64,000 bases of DNA from the human T2T-CHM13v2.0 reference genome, Homo sapiens, in NCBI RefSeq assembly GCF_009914755.1, contig NC_060947.1. One strand, written 5' to 3'. Each line of letters opens with the position of its first letter. The first letter of the stretch is position 1. The notes below the pieces were generated by a model. That model made no database searches and had not been told where the DNA came from. It worked only from the letters and a program-made list of their open reading frames with translations. This document shows positions 1-13,019 of this stretch, one piece after another. Both the position numbers and the translations under genes were made by a program.

Positions 1-727
1 CGAATCACAAAGAATTTAAATGCCTGGGCTAAAAGGATCCCATTACAGTGTTTTTCTTTAAAGAAATTCTCTCCACCCATCCCCACCCCCACACCCTGGG
101 ACAGTAAGTGAGAGAGGACTAGTGTTTCATTAAGGCTGTACCTACTCTCACTCTCTCTAGAACAACATTCGCTTGCTGTGCAAGAGTATACATTAATCTC
201 TGTTTGTGGAAGGACTTTCACCCCCTGTCAACCTAGAGTGGAGAAGTTCTTTCCATCTTTCAAAATGCATCATCAGTCACCTGAGGTTCTAAAGCTAAAT
301 ACTTGAACAAAGAAGCGTGCACTCACACAATTCCCACAGCAGAAGAGAGAAAACAAAGGAAGCATTGAACGTAAAACATAGCATAAAATAAGATGAAAGA
401 ACTAAGACCAAATATTTATATATCAATAAATCGAAATGGGATAAGTTCACATATTAGAAATAAAAGGCTGAGCAAATAACACCGGCAAATAAATATTGTA
501 TCTAATAGGTGTATCTAAAATGATTTAAAAGTATGAATTGAGTTGTCCCATGACATTAATCCTAGGCAATGTAGAATTGTTAAACAAGAAAAAGAGGGGT
601 ATATTATAGTGATATTGATTACCATCTACATTGATAATGAAACTTTGTAATTAATACTTAGGCTCTGAATAATAAAATGTCAAAAATAAGCTGAAATAAG
701 CATAAGGGTGAAGGTATTTTTTAAAAT

Positions 728-1386
728 ATATACTGATTTTCTATTTTGGGGGAGGGCTAAATACCCAGTAGTGGGATTTCTGGATCTTACAGTAACTCTA
801 TTTTTAGTTTTGTGAGAAATCTCCACCCTGTTTTCCATAGTAGCTATACTAATTTGCATTCCTACCAGCAGGTGTATGAGTTCCCTTTTCTTTGCATCCT
901 GGCCAACATCTGTTCCTACTAATAGCCATTCTAACTGGGGTAAGAAGATATCTCATTGTGGTTTTGACTTCCATTTCCCTGATAATTAGTGATGTTGAGC
1001 ATTTTTTCCATATACCTGTTGGCCATTTGTATGTCTTCTTTTGAGAAATGTCTATACATGTCCTTTGCCCACTTTTTAATAGGATTATGTTTTTTTTTTA
1101 AATCTGTTGAGTTGTTCGAGTTCTTTGCATATTTGGGATGCTAGTTCCTTGTCCTATGAATAGTTTGCGAATATTTTCTCCCATTCTGTAGGTTGTGTCA
1201 TTACTCTGTTGTTTTCTTTTCTGCGCAGATGCTTTTTATTTAATGTGGTCCCATTTGTCTGTTTTTGGTTTTGATGCCTATGCTTTTGAAGTCTTAGCCA
1301 AAAAATATTTGTCTAGGCCACTGTTCTAAAGTGTTCCCCCTATGTTTTCTTCTAGTAGTTTTATAGTTTCAGATCTTAAACTTAAG
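728..1386 (-). mobile_element. L1MA (about MA2-4) inverted 5' arm of a twin-primed insertion
   Basis: Antisense ORF2 3' sequence: atacccagtagtgggatttctggatc, ttggccatttgtatgtcttcttttgagaaatgtcta, ttttcttctagtagttttatagtttcag. Confidence 0.85.
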
Positions 1387-1995
1387 GTAGCACTATTCAC
1401 AATAGCAAAGATATGAAATCAATCTAAGTGTCCATCAATAGACAAATGGATAAATAAAATGTGGTAAATATACACGACGGAATACTATTTGGCCATAGAA
1501 AAGAATACAATCACGTTTTTTGCAGCAACATGAATGGGACTTTAGGTTATTGTGTTAAGTGAAATAAGCCAGGCACAGAAAGAAAAATATCACATATTCT
1601 CACTCATATGTGGAAATTAAGAAAGTTGCTATCATGGAGGTAGAAAGGAGAATAATAGATATGAGAGGCTGGGAAGGGTGTGTGGGTAGGGGAATAAAGA
1701 GAGGTTGGTTAATGGGTACAAACATAAGGTCAGATAGAGGGGACATTTCTAATGTTCGATAGCAGAGTAGAGTGACTATAGTTAACAACAGTGTATCATA
1801 TATTTTGAAATAGCTACAAGAGAAGGCTTGAGATGGTCCTAACACATAGAAATGGTAAGTACCCAAGGTGATGAATGCCCTAAATGCCATGACTTGATCA
1901 TTACACATTCTATGTATGTAACAAAATATCACGTGTACCCCCAAAACATGTACAAATATTATGTATCCATACAAATTTAACACATAATAAAACAA
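1387..1995 (+). mobile_element. L1MA (about MA2-4) 3' end, sense arm of the same insertion
   Basis: gcactattcacaatagcaaagatatg ... aagtgaaataagccaggcacagaaaga ... gacttgatcattacacattctatg, followed by an A-rich end. Confidence 0.85.
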
Positions 1996-2152
1996 ATCTT
2001 GTACCTAAAATCCCCCAAAAACCCCGAAGAATAAAATTAAGTGTAACAAGAATGAGAAACAGAGTTTAACCCACCATGAACAGCTAATGAATAATTCACA
2101 TAATATTTTAGAGTAGTTAATCACATAATTTATCTGAAAAATGTGTTAATAA

Positions 2153-2280
2153 TTTGCTGAGGATAATGGCTTCCACCAGGTGATGGGTTGATAGGTGCAA
2201 CAAAGCATCATGGTACATATTTGCCTATGTAACAAATCTGCATATCCTGCACATGTACCCTAGAACTTAATAGAAAAAAA
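2153..2280 (+). mobile_element. Very short L1PA8-10 3' fragment with a micro-inverted 5' piece (2153-2175)
   Basis: gatgggttgataggtgcaacaaagcatcatgg...catgtaccctagaacttaa plus A tail. The 5' piece tttgctgaggataatggcttcca is antisense L1. TSD 2137-2152 / 2275-2290 matches at 14 of 16 positions. Confidence 0.75.
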
Positions 2281-2298
2281 GTATTAATAAGATTGGTA

Positions 2299-2760
2299 TT
2301 GTCTTATTTTGAATCCCCCAGAAGCAGGACCTAGGACAAGAATTCCATTGAAATCTGTTTATGAGAGAAGAAAAGGAACACAACATAGGGCATGGAAATT
2401 ACATAGGAAGGGAAAACATTCAGTAAATTGTACATAACTAAGCTACCTACCACAAGTTAATCATATGGAAAAATTCTGAGAAATGGTGTAAAGTGTGACC
2501 AAATTTTTCCACCCAAGGTGGGAGAGAGTTGGGGTATTTATATACTGTATCCCAGCAGTCACTGGTTGGGAGTTTCTGGGTATTTGTTAATTCACTGGAA
2601 CTTCTGGCCTGATGCATGGCAACAGAAAAGCCTTGTAAGATTTCAGAAAGAATTTTGTGGCAGAGAGACACAGACATTGGTAGTTCAAAGTTTAAAGAGG
2701 CACACTGAAAACTGTCGGGTCTGAGGAATATGAGTAGGGCACTACTGGCATCTGCTATGC
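2299..2760 (-). mobile_element. ERVL-class solo LTR (LTR33/LTR16-like)
   Basis: Terminal motifs tgtcttattttgaatcccccagaagcaggacctaggacaag and atatgagtagggcactactggcatctgcta resemble LTR33/LTR16 ends. Confidence 0.6.
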
Positions 2761-2971
2761 CATATACTATTGTATATGAACTGATGAAAATTTTAAGTGG
2801 CAATAAGGCAACTACTAAAATTAAGCATATGTAGACCACAAAGAAAATCATAGTAAATGTCAGCATGTAAAAAATAAAAAGCCATATTTTCTGACTACAA
2901 TGGTGTAATGTTTAAAATTAAGGTGGACAGAAAATCAAAAATTATCTCAAAATATGTTTTAATAATAAGAA

Positions 2972-5355
2972 GAGATTCCTGGGCAAGATGGCCAAATAGG
3001 AACAGCTCCGGTCTGCAGCTCCCAGCGAGACCGGCACAGAAGGTGGGTAATTTCTGCATTTCCAACTGAGGTACCCGATTTATCTCACTGGGACTGGTTA
3101 GACAGTGGGTGCAGCCCATGGAGGATGAGCAGAAGCAGGGTGGGGCGTCGCCTCACCTGGGAAGTGCAAGGGGTCAGGGAACTCCCTCCCCTAGCCAAGG
3201 GAAGCCATGAGGGACTGTGCTGTGAGGGATGGTGCTATGTGGCCCAGATATTATGCTTTGCCCATGGTCTTCGCAACCCACAGACCAGGAGATTCCCTCT
3301 GGTGTCTACACCACAAGGGGCCTGGGTTTCAAGCACAAAACTGGGTGGCTGTTTGGGCAGACACCAAGCTAGCTGCAGGAGTTTTCTTTCACACCCCACT
3401 GGCGCCTGGAATGCCAGCAAGACAGAACCGTTCACTTCCCTGGAAAGAAGGCTGAAGCCAGGGAGCCAAGTGGTCTTGCTCAGCGGATCCCACCCCCAAG
3501 GACCCAAGCAAGCTAAGATCCACTGGCTTGAAATTCCTGCTGCCAGCACAGCAGTCTGAAGTCAACCTGGGATGCTCTAGCTTGGTGGGGAGAGGGGCAT
3601 CTGCCATTACTGAGGCTTGAGTAGGTGGTTTTCCCTTCACACTGTAAACAAACCCGGAGGCAGTTAGGACTGGGTGGAGCCCATCTCAGCTTGGCAGAGC
3701 CACTGTAGCCAGACTGCCTCTCTAGATTCCTTCTCTCTGGGCAGGGCATCTCTGAAAGAAAGGCAGCAGCCCCAGTCAGGGGCTTATAGATAAAACTCCC
3801 ATCTCCCTGGGACAGAGCACCTGGGGGAAGGGACAGCTGTGGGCACAGCTTCAGCAGACTTAAACATTCCTGCCTGCCGGCTCTGAAGAGAGCCGCAGCT
3901 CTCCCAGCACAGCACTTGAGCTCTGGTAAAGGACAGACTGCCTCCTCAAGTGGATCTGTGACCCCCCGAGCCTCCTGACTAGGAGACACCTCCCAGCAGG
4001 GGTCGACAGACATCTCATACAGGAGAGTTCCAGCTGGCATCTGGTGGGTGCCCCTCTGGGATGAAGCTTCCAGAGGAGAGAACAGGCAGCAATCTTTGCT
4101 GTTCTGCAGCCTCCACTGGTGATACCCAGGCAAACAGGGTCTGCAGTGGACCCCCAGCAAACTCCAGCAGACCTGCAAAAGAGGGGTCTGACTGTTAGAA
4201 GGAAAACTAACAAACAGAAAGCAATAGCATCTACATCAACACAAAAGATGACCAAGCAAAAACTCCATCCGAAGGTCACCAACAGCAAAGACCAAAGGTA
4301 GATAAATCCACGAAGATGAGGAAAAACCAGCGCAAAAAGGCTGAAAATGCCAAAAACCAGAATGCCTCTTCTCCAAAGGATTACAACTCCTTGCCAGCAA
4401 GGGAACAAAACTGGAGGGAGAATGAGTTTGACGAATTGACAGAAGTAGGCTTCAGAAGGTGGGTAATAACAAACTTCTCCGAGCTAAAGGAGCCAGAAAA
4501 AAACAAACAACCCCATCAAAAAGTGGGCAAAGGATATGAACAGACACTTCTCAAAAGAAGACATTTATGGGGCCAACAAACATATGAAAAAAAGCTCATC
4601 ATCACTGGTCATTAGAGAAATGCAAATCAAAACCACAATGAGATACCATCTCATGCCAGTTAGAATGGCGATCATTAAAAAGTCAGGAAACAACAGATGC
4701 TGGAGAGGATGTGGAGAAATAGGAACACTTTTACACTGTTGGTGAGAGTGTAAATTAGTTCAATCATTGTGGAAGACAGTGTGGCGATTCCTCAAGCATC
4801 TAGAACCAGAAATACCATTTGACCCAGCAATCCCATTACTGGGTATATACCCAAAAGATTATAAATCATTCTACTATAAAGACACATGCACACGGTTTAC
4901 TGCAGCACTATTCACAATAGCAAAAACTTGGAACCAACCCAAATGTCCATCGATGATAGACTGGATAAAGAAAATGTGGCACATATACACCATGGAATAC
5001 TATGCAGCCATAAAAAAGAATGAGTTCATGTCCTTTGCAGGGACATGGATGAAGCTGGAAACCATCATTCTCAGCAAACTAACACAGGAAGAGAAAACCA
5101 AACACCGCACATTCTCACTTGTAAGTGGGAGTTGAACAATGAGAATATATGGGCACAGTGAGGAGAACATCACACACTGGGGCCTGTTGGGGAGTGGGGG
5201 ATAGGGCAGGGATAGCATTAGGAGAAATACCTAATGTAGATGATGGATTGATGGGTGCAGCAAACCACCATGGAACATGTATACCTATGTAACAAACCTG
5301 CACGTTCTGTACATGTATCCCAGAACTTAAAGTATAATAAATTAAAAAAAAAAAA
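2972..5355 (+). mobile_element. L1PA7 with full 5'UTR and ORF1 start joined directly to the ORF2 3' end (large internal deletion), then 3'UTR and poly(A)
   Basis: 5'UTR caagatggccaaataggaacagctccggtctgcagctcccagc. ORF1 N-terminus MRKNQRKKAENAKNQ starts at 4316. Junction gagctaaaggagc|cagaaaaaaacaaacaaccccatc at about 4493. PA7-type 3'UTR ggagaaatacctaatgtagatga. Confidence 0.93.
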
Positions 5356-5845
5356 CCTTGCTAAAAAAAACAAGAAAAAGAAAACCTGTTCCAAAGTAGT
5401 ACTGCTAACTTGGCTGTTCCTCAGGTGGGAGTGGAACTACAAAAAGCAGGAACATCTGTACAACGTAAAACTTTATGAATATCATAAATTATAAAATATG
5501 GAACACTTGGTAAATAAAACCTTATGTATTAATAATAATAATAACAGAACACTATTATATAACCTTTATATTGGAAAAGAAATAAAAATCAATACTGCAG
5601 AATATAGAGATAATTATGATTAAGGATATATATTTTTACAATGGATAATGCTGAAGTTATTCTCAGTGGAAAAAATCCATACTGTTCAACTCATAAAGAC
5701 TTATGAGTTATTTCTAAATAAGAAATAATATTGTAAAAATTATTACATTTCAACATTAAATGTTTTAGAAAAGAAAAACAAAATATGGTCACGAAAATAA
5801 CAAAGAAAAATTTTAAAGAATTAAATCAATAGCATTATTTAAAAA

Positions 5846-6120
5846 TTCTAATACTTTGGGAGGTTGCAGTGGGAAGATTACTTGAGGCCAGGAGTTTCAG
5901 ATCAGCCTGGGCAACATAGTGAGACCCCATCTCTACTAAAAGATAAAAAATAGCCATGCATGGCGTCGCAAGCCTGTAGTCCTAGCTACTCCAGAGGCTA
6001 AGGTGGGAGGAACCCTTGAGCTCTGGAGATCTAGGCTGTAGTGAGCTACGATTCTGTCACTGCACTCCAGCCTGGGAAACACAGCAAGACCTTATCTCTA
6101 AAAAATAAAGTAATAAAAAA
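5846..6120 (+). mobile_element. AluJ, slightly 5'-truncated
   Basis: cttgaggccaggagtt...agcctgggcaacatagtgagacccc, right arm ctaggctgtagtgagctacgatt, A-rich tail. Confidence 0.9.
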
Positions 6121-8237
6121 ATTCACACCTAGTTATTTTATACATTTTTTAAATATATAAATGATACTAGATTAATATATGAATAATGATAAAATACTAT
6201 GCTACCAAAATTAGAAATGAGGAAGGGAAAAGTGATAGAATGGAAATTAAAAGACATCTATCAAAGTTCTTTAGAATAACTGTATAAAATTATTTGAAAT
6301 TCAGGATTACATGTATTGTATTCTAAAAATAACATAAATTCCTGATATTAATCCCAGAAGAAATGGAAAATCTGAGCAAGGCAGTAATTGCACGTAAATT
6401 ATTTTTAAAATATTAAGAAAATACCTCACTAAAAATTAAAAGGCCCAGATAGTTTCCTTGCAAGTGATTTCAAACCATGAAGTTAATTCCAACACAATGT
6501 AAAATTTTCTAAAGCAATAATTAAGGTGATACTTAAACATTATGATGTCAGAACAATACTGATAAGAAAAATTAAGCTAGTAAAATTTACTAATGTGAAT
6601 ACCTAGGTAAGAAATCAAGTATTAGAAAAGAGAAGACATAGATATTTTAAAGTAACTACATAACTTTAAGTTTGAGTCTCTGGCACCTGGGAAAATGCCT
6701 GCTACATTTTAGAAACACAATAAATACTTATAGTATGAGTAACTAGTGATAAGAATATAAGGATGATTCAAAATTAGCAACTTTAATAAAAATATATGCA
6801 CATATGTAGTTTAAATACCTCAGGAGAAAAATTTATGATTACTGCTTTACATTAAAAACACACACAAAATAATATTCAATACTGATTTTAAAAAATAATT
6901 GTCTATATCTATACTGCAAACCAAGGAAAGCATTACCCTTAAAAAAAGCAGTAGAATAATTCCATAAAAATTTAGAAAAACTTTAGAGCCCGGATTAACA
7001 ACACTATTATGTAAATGTGTTTTAAAAGTCTGAGCAATTTCAAATGTAAGAGTGGTGTGTGTGTGTGTACGTACAAGCGTGCACACACGCATGTGCATGT
7101 GTGTAAAACAGACAAGCTACCAAATAGTAATAATGTGCAAAGTTTATGATCAAGCAATTAAAAAAGATAAATACAAATGGCTAAAAATATAAAAGGGTGT
7201 TTAACGTCTAAATAAAGAAATGCAAATAACTTTTTTTCAATCAACAGATTGGTTAAAAAAAGTATAAAGATAAATAAAATTGATTTGGTAAAGATGTGAG
7301 AAAACAGCCCATTTAAAAACTACTAGTAAGTGCCTAAGTAAGTCAAACATTTCTGCAGGTCAGTGTTTCAATATCCAAGAAAATGTAAACTCCAGAGACT
7401 CTGACTCTTCAATTTTTTTGTAGGAAATTACTCCATAGCCCAATTTGAAAACTATGGAAAGAACTCTGTATAATGTTATTTAATTTTATATTGATTTAAC
7501 AGCAAAAATCAACCCACATTTCCAACAGCTTGGAAATGATCAAAACCTTATGTCCATACATTTTATGGAAAATAATAATAAATTTAAAAAAAAGACTCAA
7601 TGGGTTTCACATGCTGCTATGGAATGTTCTCCATTACAGGTCTATGCAGACAATGTTAATCACCACACCTTGGGTGAAAGAAGCTAAAGATACTTGCAGT
7701 GATGTGTGATCAAGAAGTTTGAAATTTTTAATTCATAATTTTATACGCTTTTATAATGTGCAGTAAAATACACTAAGTTTAAGCGTATGTGTGTGCATGT
7801 ATCCACCCACATATGTATAATATTTGTCTTTAGAGACTGGAAAATAGATGACTACGGCAGATTATTAGAAAAATATTAACTGTGCATTCCTTTAACATTT
7901 TATATTACTTGGTATTAATAATAAAATAAAAATGGATCATTCCTACGACCTATCATTTATATGTAATCATGTTGCTACAACACAAGCTGTCTCAAATTAT
8001 TCAAATCTAGAATATCACAATCAAATTTGCCTTGGTAACTTTTGGAAAGGGATGGTAACTGAGTTTGTGTTGTGATGATGAGAAGTGAGTTACCTATATT
8101 AGAAGAGCCACTTATTTTAAACTTGACAATATCAAGTTTTAGAGGTTGTTAAATGTCTACAGTAGGGTCTTCTAAATGAATATAGACAAATGGGTTTTCC
8201 AAATATTTTGGAAAAGTAGACAAATGTGGACTTACCA

Positions 8238-8400
8238 TTTTTTTGAGATGGGGTCTTGCTATGTTGCCTGGGCTGGAATACAGCAGCTATTCATAGGCGC
8301 AATTATAGTGCACTACAGCCTCAAATTCTTGAGCTCAAGCCATCCTCTGCCTCAGCCTACCAAGGTGCTGGGACTACAGGCATAAGTCACTTCACTCAGT
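8238..8400 (-). mobile_element. FAM (fossil Alu monomer)
   Basis: Single monomer retaining the 7SL-type gctattcataggcgcaatt segment. Flanked by repeated ttaccattttt. Confidence 0.8.
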
Positions 8401-10269
8401 ACAATTACCATTTTTAGCAAACCTGTTAGCCCACTGAAAAGTCTTACAGCTTTTTTGAAAGACTATCTAGATTCAATTGAAAAATAAAATTCTTCAGTGT
8501 TAAATATATATGAGCACCTGAAGTTGGTATATAAAGATGCAGGGATTTGATTGTTTATTTGCAAAAGTAACTTGGAGTAGGAAAGCTGTGGACATTACTG
8601 ATGTTTCATATTTATTTTTCCATTCTTTATTCTTATTATTGCATTAGAAATCCAAATATTAGAAACAGCACACAATATAAATTTAAAAATCACAATACTG
8701 TTTATTTCACAAAATGTAATTCATTTCATTTATATTAATATCTACATTGTGGTCATGATCTGCCTTCAAAATATTGTTATATAGCTTTATCTAACTATAA
8801 CTAAAAACAATAACTGGGAAATCTGTCCTCATACCCAAATACCCAAAATAGATATCAGTCACTCATAAATAAAGCTAGAAAGATAGTGAACTGAGTGAAA
8901 TCTTAAATAGAAACTTAAAGCTACCTCCCAGTAGGTATGAAATATCAGTGATAGCTCTGACTACACCCTAGAAAATATCATTTGAAGTAAACAACAGACA
9001 AAAAAAAGTAAAACAAAACCAATATAATTGTAGCAAAAATGTATAGGACAGAAGGAAAAAATGCATTTCTAATATATTAGAAAAACAAAATACTAGTTGA
9101 ATAATATTATGGTATTTTGTCGCTCACATGTATTTCTAGTCAGTAAATTTAAGAGGTTGATTTGAAGATGTTTCTGCTCTCTCATGTTCAGTGCAAATGG
9201 CCTTGTCTAGTTGAAATGATAAATGATACTGAGAAATCAGCATGCTATTTTGATGAGTCTTCTGATTAGAGAATAATTTTAGCTACAGATAAAACCATTT
9301 TATGATTTTGTCAATCTTTTCTGCTATCACTTGATTAAAATATTTTCAAGAACCTTAAAATATCAAAACTTTAGAAATTAACACTTTCTAGAACTGCAAA
9401 AAATATGTTCTAGATAAAAAGTATATTCTAGAGCTCCTCAAAATTATATTCTGTAACAAACATGGGTCCATATTCTTTAGTATTCACAAGGACGAAAAAT
9501 AATATAAGTTAAGCATATTTTTCATTCAAATTTCTTGCTCAAATGAAGTCATCTGATGCACAACATGGCTTTTTGGAGCAACTGTACTACTAAAATTATA
9601 TTTGTCCAGATGTACAAATGTTTAAAGTATTATAAGCATATAATGTTTACTCTTTGTGTCTATCAAAGTCAGAAAAAGAGTTCTAAAAACCAGGGCCATA
9701 TTCTATCTTAAATTTTATAAAAACACAAATCAGATAAATGTTTTCAATGCATTTCAAACATTATGGTACACAGTGGCTTATTCCATGCCTGTTTATTAAA
9801 CAAAGAATTGAATTACACTTATTTGCCAATTACATTTGTTACTCATTGGCCTTAATAATGTGAAATGAAAAATAGTAGAAGAATTTGCTGTGTTTGTAAG
9901 TAAATAAGACAAAATAGATAAATGAATTTCCTATTACTCTGTAACCAATACATGAATTACACAGCGAGGAACTTAAGAGGGATGTTGCTACAAATCTTTG
10001 TCCATTAACTGCATAATAAAATACCTGCAAAGAGAAGACATTTGTTGGATGAAGGAATGAATGAAACCTAAATCAGAAATCAGGAGAAAATGAAACTAAA
10101 GGAAAAATTCTGAGAAAACAAAATAGTACATTTAAGAAACGACATTTGTTTAACATGACTGTAGCAAATGATAATTTAATACCATGCAGAAGTTAATTAA
10201 GGAAAAAATAAAAAAGATCCATTAGATATGGCAATATGAGGGACACTGGTAAACTTAATGTCTGTGGGC

Positions 10270-11180
10270 CGGTGTTTTGCTTCATTTTGTTTGAAATAAC
10301 TATAAACTCAGTTGCATTAAACCTATAGATCAATATGGGGAGAATTGACATCCTTACTGTGTATGGTCAATCTTTCAATCCATGAACATAATATGTCTCA
10401 ACTTTTACCCAGATCTTCTTTTATTTCTTTTGTCAGGGTCTTGTAGTTTCCTACATGCAGATCTTGCATAAACTGTGTTCCTTATTCCTCATATATCCCT
10501 ACTCCATCTGTAATGATATCTACTGTTTTATTCCTGATATTACTAAGTTTTGTCCACTCTATTTTATGGTTGTCAGTCTTGTTAGAGGTTTGTAAATTTG
10601 AATAATCTTTTCAGAAAACCAGTTATTGATTTCATTACTTTCCTCTTTTGTGTTTTCAATTTAATTTATTTCTGCTCATATCTTTATTATCTCCTTTCTG
10701 ATTACTTTGGATTCATTTTTTTCCTAGTTTCTTGGAGTGGGTGCTTGAATTGTTGACTTAAGACTCCCTTTTTTTGTAATGAAAGCATTTAGTAATATAA
10801 ATTTCACTCTCAGCACTACTTTAGATATGTCCCACAAATGCTGATATCTTGCATTTTTCATTCAGTTTTATGTATTTTTTTTTTTACTTCCCTCAAGATA
10901 TCTTCTTTGACCTATGCAATATTGAGAAGTATGTTATTTAATTTGTAAGTGTTTGGAGAGTTTCCTGTTTTCTTTCTATTATTGACTTCTGGTTTGATTC
11001 CATTTTGATCAAAGAATATACTTTGTATGATTTCAAATCTGTTACATTTTTCAGGTTAGTTTTGTGGCCCAGAATATGGCCTGTTTTTGTATATGTTTCC
11101 TATGGAAATATGTATTCTGCTGTTGGCCGAAGTGTTCTAAAATGTCAATCATGCACTGTTGGTTAATGGCATTGTCCAAT
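10270..11180 (-). mobile_element. Old L1M (L1MB/MC) ORF2 fragments
   Basis: gcattaaacctatagatcaatatggggagaattgacatc, agttttgtggcccagaatatgg, tgtattctgctgttgg. Confidence 0.75.
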
Positions 11181-12719
11181 GAAATGGATATACCTGAACC
11201 ACGCATTTCAGTAGGAGTCTTTGCAATGCATATTGGTTGAATTAAGAAGGTTTATATACCTTGCTTTGTTTTACAATGCAAATCTGATATATAGTTTATG
11301 ACAGCAATGCAATTTACCATGATTGTTATATTCAGGCTCTTGTTTGAAATATGTAACATCAATATACACTTTATTTTGCTGCTTCCTTAGGATATCCCTT
11401 CTTCTGTATTTAATACAGCTATTGAGGAGATAAAATAAAAGGCAACAGTCAAGGCTGCATAGGTTAACAAATCATTTATTCATGAAGTTTTTCTACTAGT
11501 CCAGTGGGTATTGTCAGTGGACACTAGGAAAACCATAAGGGAATTCATGTTTTTCTGCATTTAGTGACTAGTCATATCCGTCTCAAAAATGTGTTCATCC
11601 TGGATTAATTTTGTTGGTAGTCAAGAATGGTGAATTTAGCATATCAAAATAAAATAAATTATAGGGAAGTTGCAGATAGTAATCAATATGCAGGAAAAAT
11701 TAACTAAGCTAATATTAAATAAATGTGAGGATAAGAAATTTCGAGTGGAATGTAATAGATTTTTAGTGTCCCATACCTTCAGTGGGATGAAAAATATTTT
11801 AAACTTGACCATGATATATTTTTAGAAAAATATTTAACAAATGTATCATTTATAACTTAGATGATATAACTATAACTATACATATAACTCAGAAATATAT
11901 TTTATAACTTTCTTTGGCTTCTGTAGTTCTCAACGCAGTCAGCAAAAACTGAAGGATTGAGGAACTGTATTTTATTGTAATGCTTTTTCTCACTTAAACA
12001 TGAGCTTAATTATAAAGCTCCTCATGAAGTACTATAAAACACAATGAAGGTTTTATTTGGGCCAAGGTAAGCCTATAAACCAGATAAATCTGTAATAACT
12101 GTTTGTACATTAGTAGTACTGTTTATTAATATATGTGGTTGCAATCAGCTATCACTGAAGAAGCTTTATTGAAATACATTTGTAGTAATATAAAGAGTAG
12201 TACACAAGTCTTCTTAATCAATTATAGTTTATTTGGTCAATAAAGCACACTGGACCACAACACCACATTTCATTTTTCCCCTCAGGAAATCAATATCCAC
12301 AATAGAAAATAAATGTCAAATTGAAGGCTTGAATTTTGTGCATGAGGTACATTGGGAATAAGTCTGGATTTGTGTTCAAGGCACCAGGGTTCTAGTCTAA
12401 TTTAGCTGCCATTATTGACTTCAGAAAAGCAACACCTTCTTAAAGATATAGTTTCTCTTCCAAATTTAATTCATGGTCTTGTTACTGAAGTTTCATCGAA
12501 TACACATTTCCAAGAGAGGACCGCAGGAGTTAAGCTTTTAGGAACAGGTGAACTATAATTATTGGCTGTAATCTTTCATAATACTAGATTCTGTCTACAA
12601 ATTTGTGGGATTTTATTATTGTTGCTAACATCAACAGTAGAAATATGCATGAAAGAATGTTTAGAACATGCAAATCTTTAGTCCCTTGCTAGTGTTACAG
12701 GGCAATTTTGTGGGAACCT

Positions 12720-13019
12720 GGCCGGGCGCGGTGGCTCATGCCTCTCTAATCCCAGCACTTTGGAAGGCTGAGGCAGGTGGATCACTTGAGTTCAGCAGTT
12801 TGAAACCAGCCTGGCCAACATGGCGAAATCCCATCTCTACTAAAAATACAAAAACAATTAGCCGGGTATGGTGGTACACGCCTCTAATCCCAGCTACTCA
12901 GGAGGCTGAGGCAGGAATCGCTTGAACTCCAGAGGTGGTGGCTGCAGTGAGCCAAGATCACACCACGGCACTCCAGCCTGGGAGACACAGGGAGACTCTG
13001 TCTCAAAAAAAAAAAAAAA
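12720..13019 (+). mobile_element. AluS, full length
   Basis: ggccgggcgcggtggctca...ccagcctggccaacatggcgaaa...A tail. Imperfect TSD ttgtgggaacct / ttgtgagaacct. Confidence 0.95.

Larger units (their letters stand above)
380..7850 (+). mobile_element. Ancient, highly decayed L1M/L1ME ORF2-to-3'-end scaffold, fragmented by younger insertions (pieces about 380-725, 2000-2150, 2770-2968, 5540-5845, 6120-7850)
   Basis: Degenerate ORF2-like runs in the expected order, e.g. ttttctgactacaatgg (2887), cccagaagaaatggaaaatctgagc (6353), aggcccagatagtttc (6441), and 3'-end aaataaagaaatgcaaat (7210). Confidence 0.6.

Noticed and set aside
2895-4408. Many overlapping 60-220 aa ORFs on both strands
   Set aside because: All lie in the GC-rich L1PA7 5'UTR and are repeat-derived open frames, not genes.
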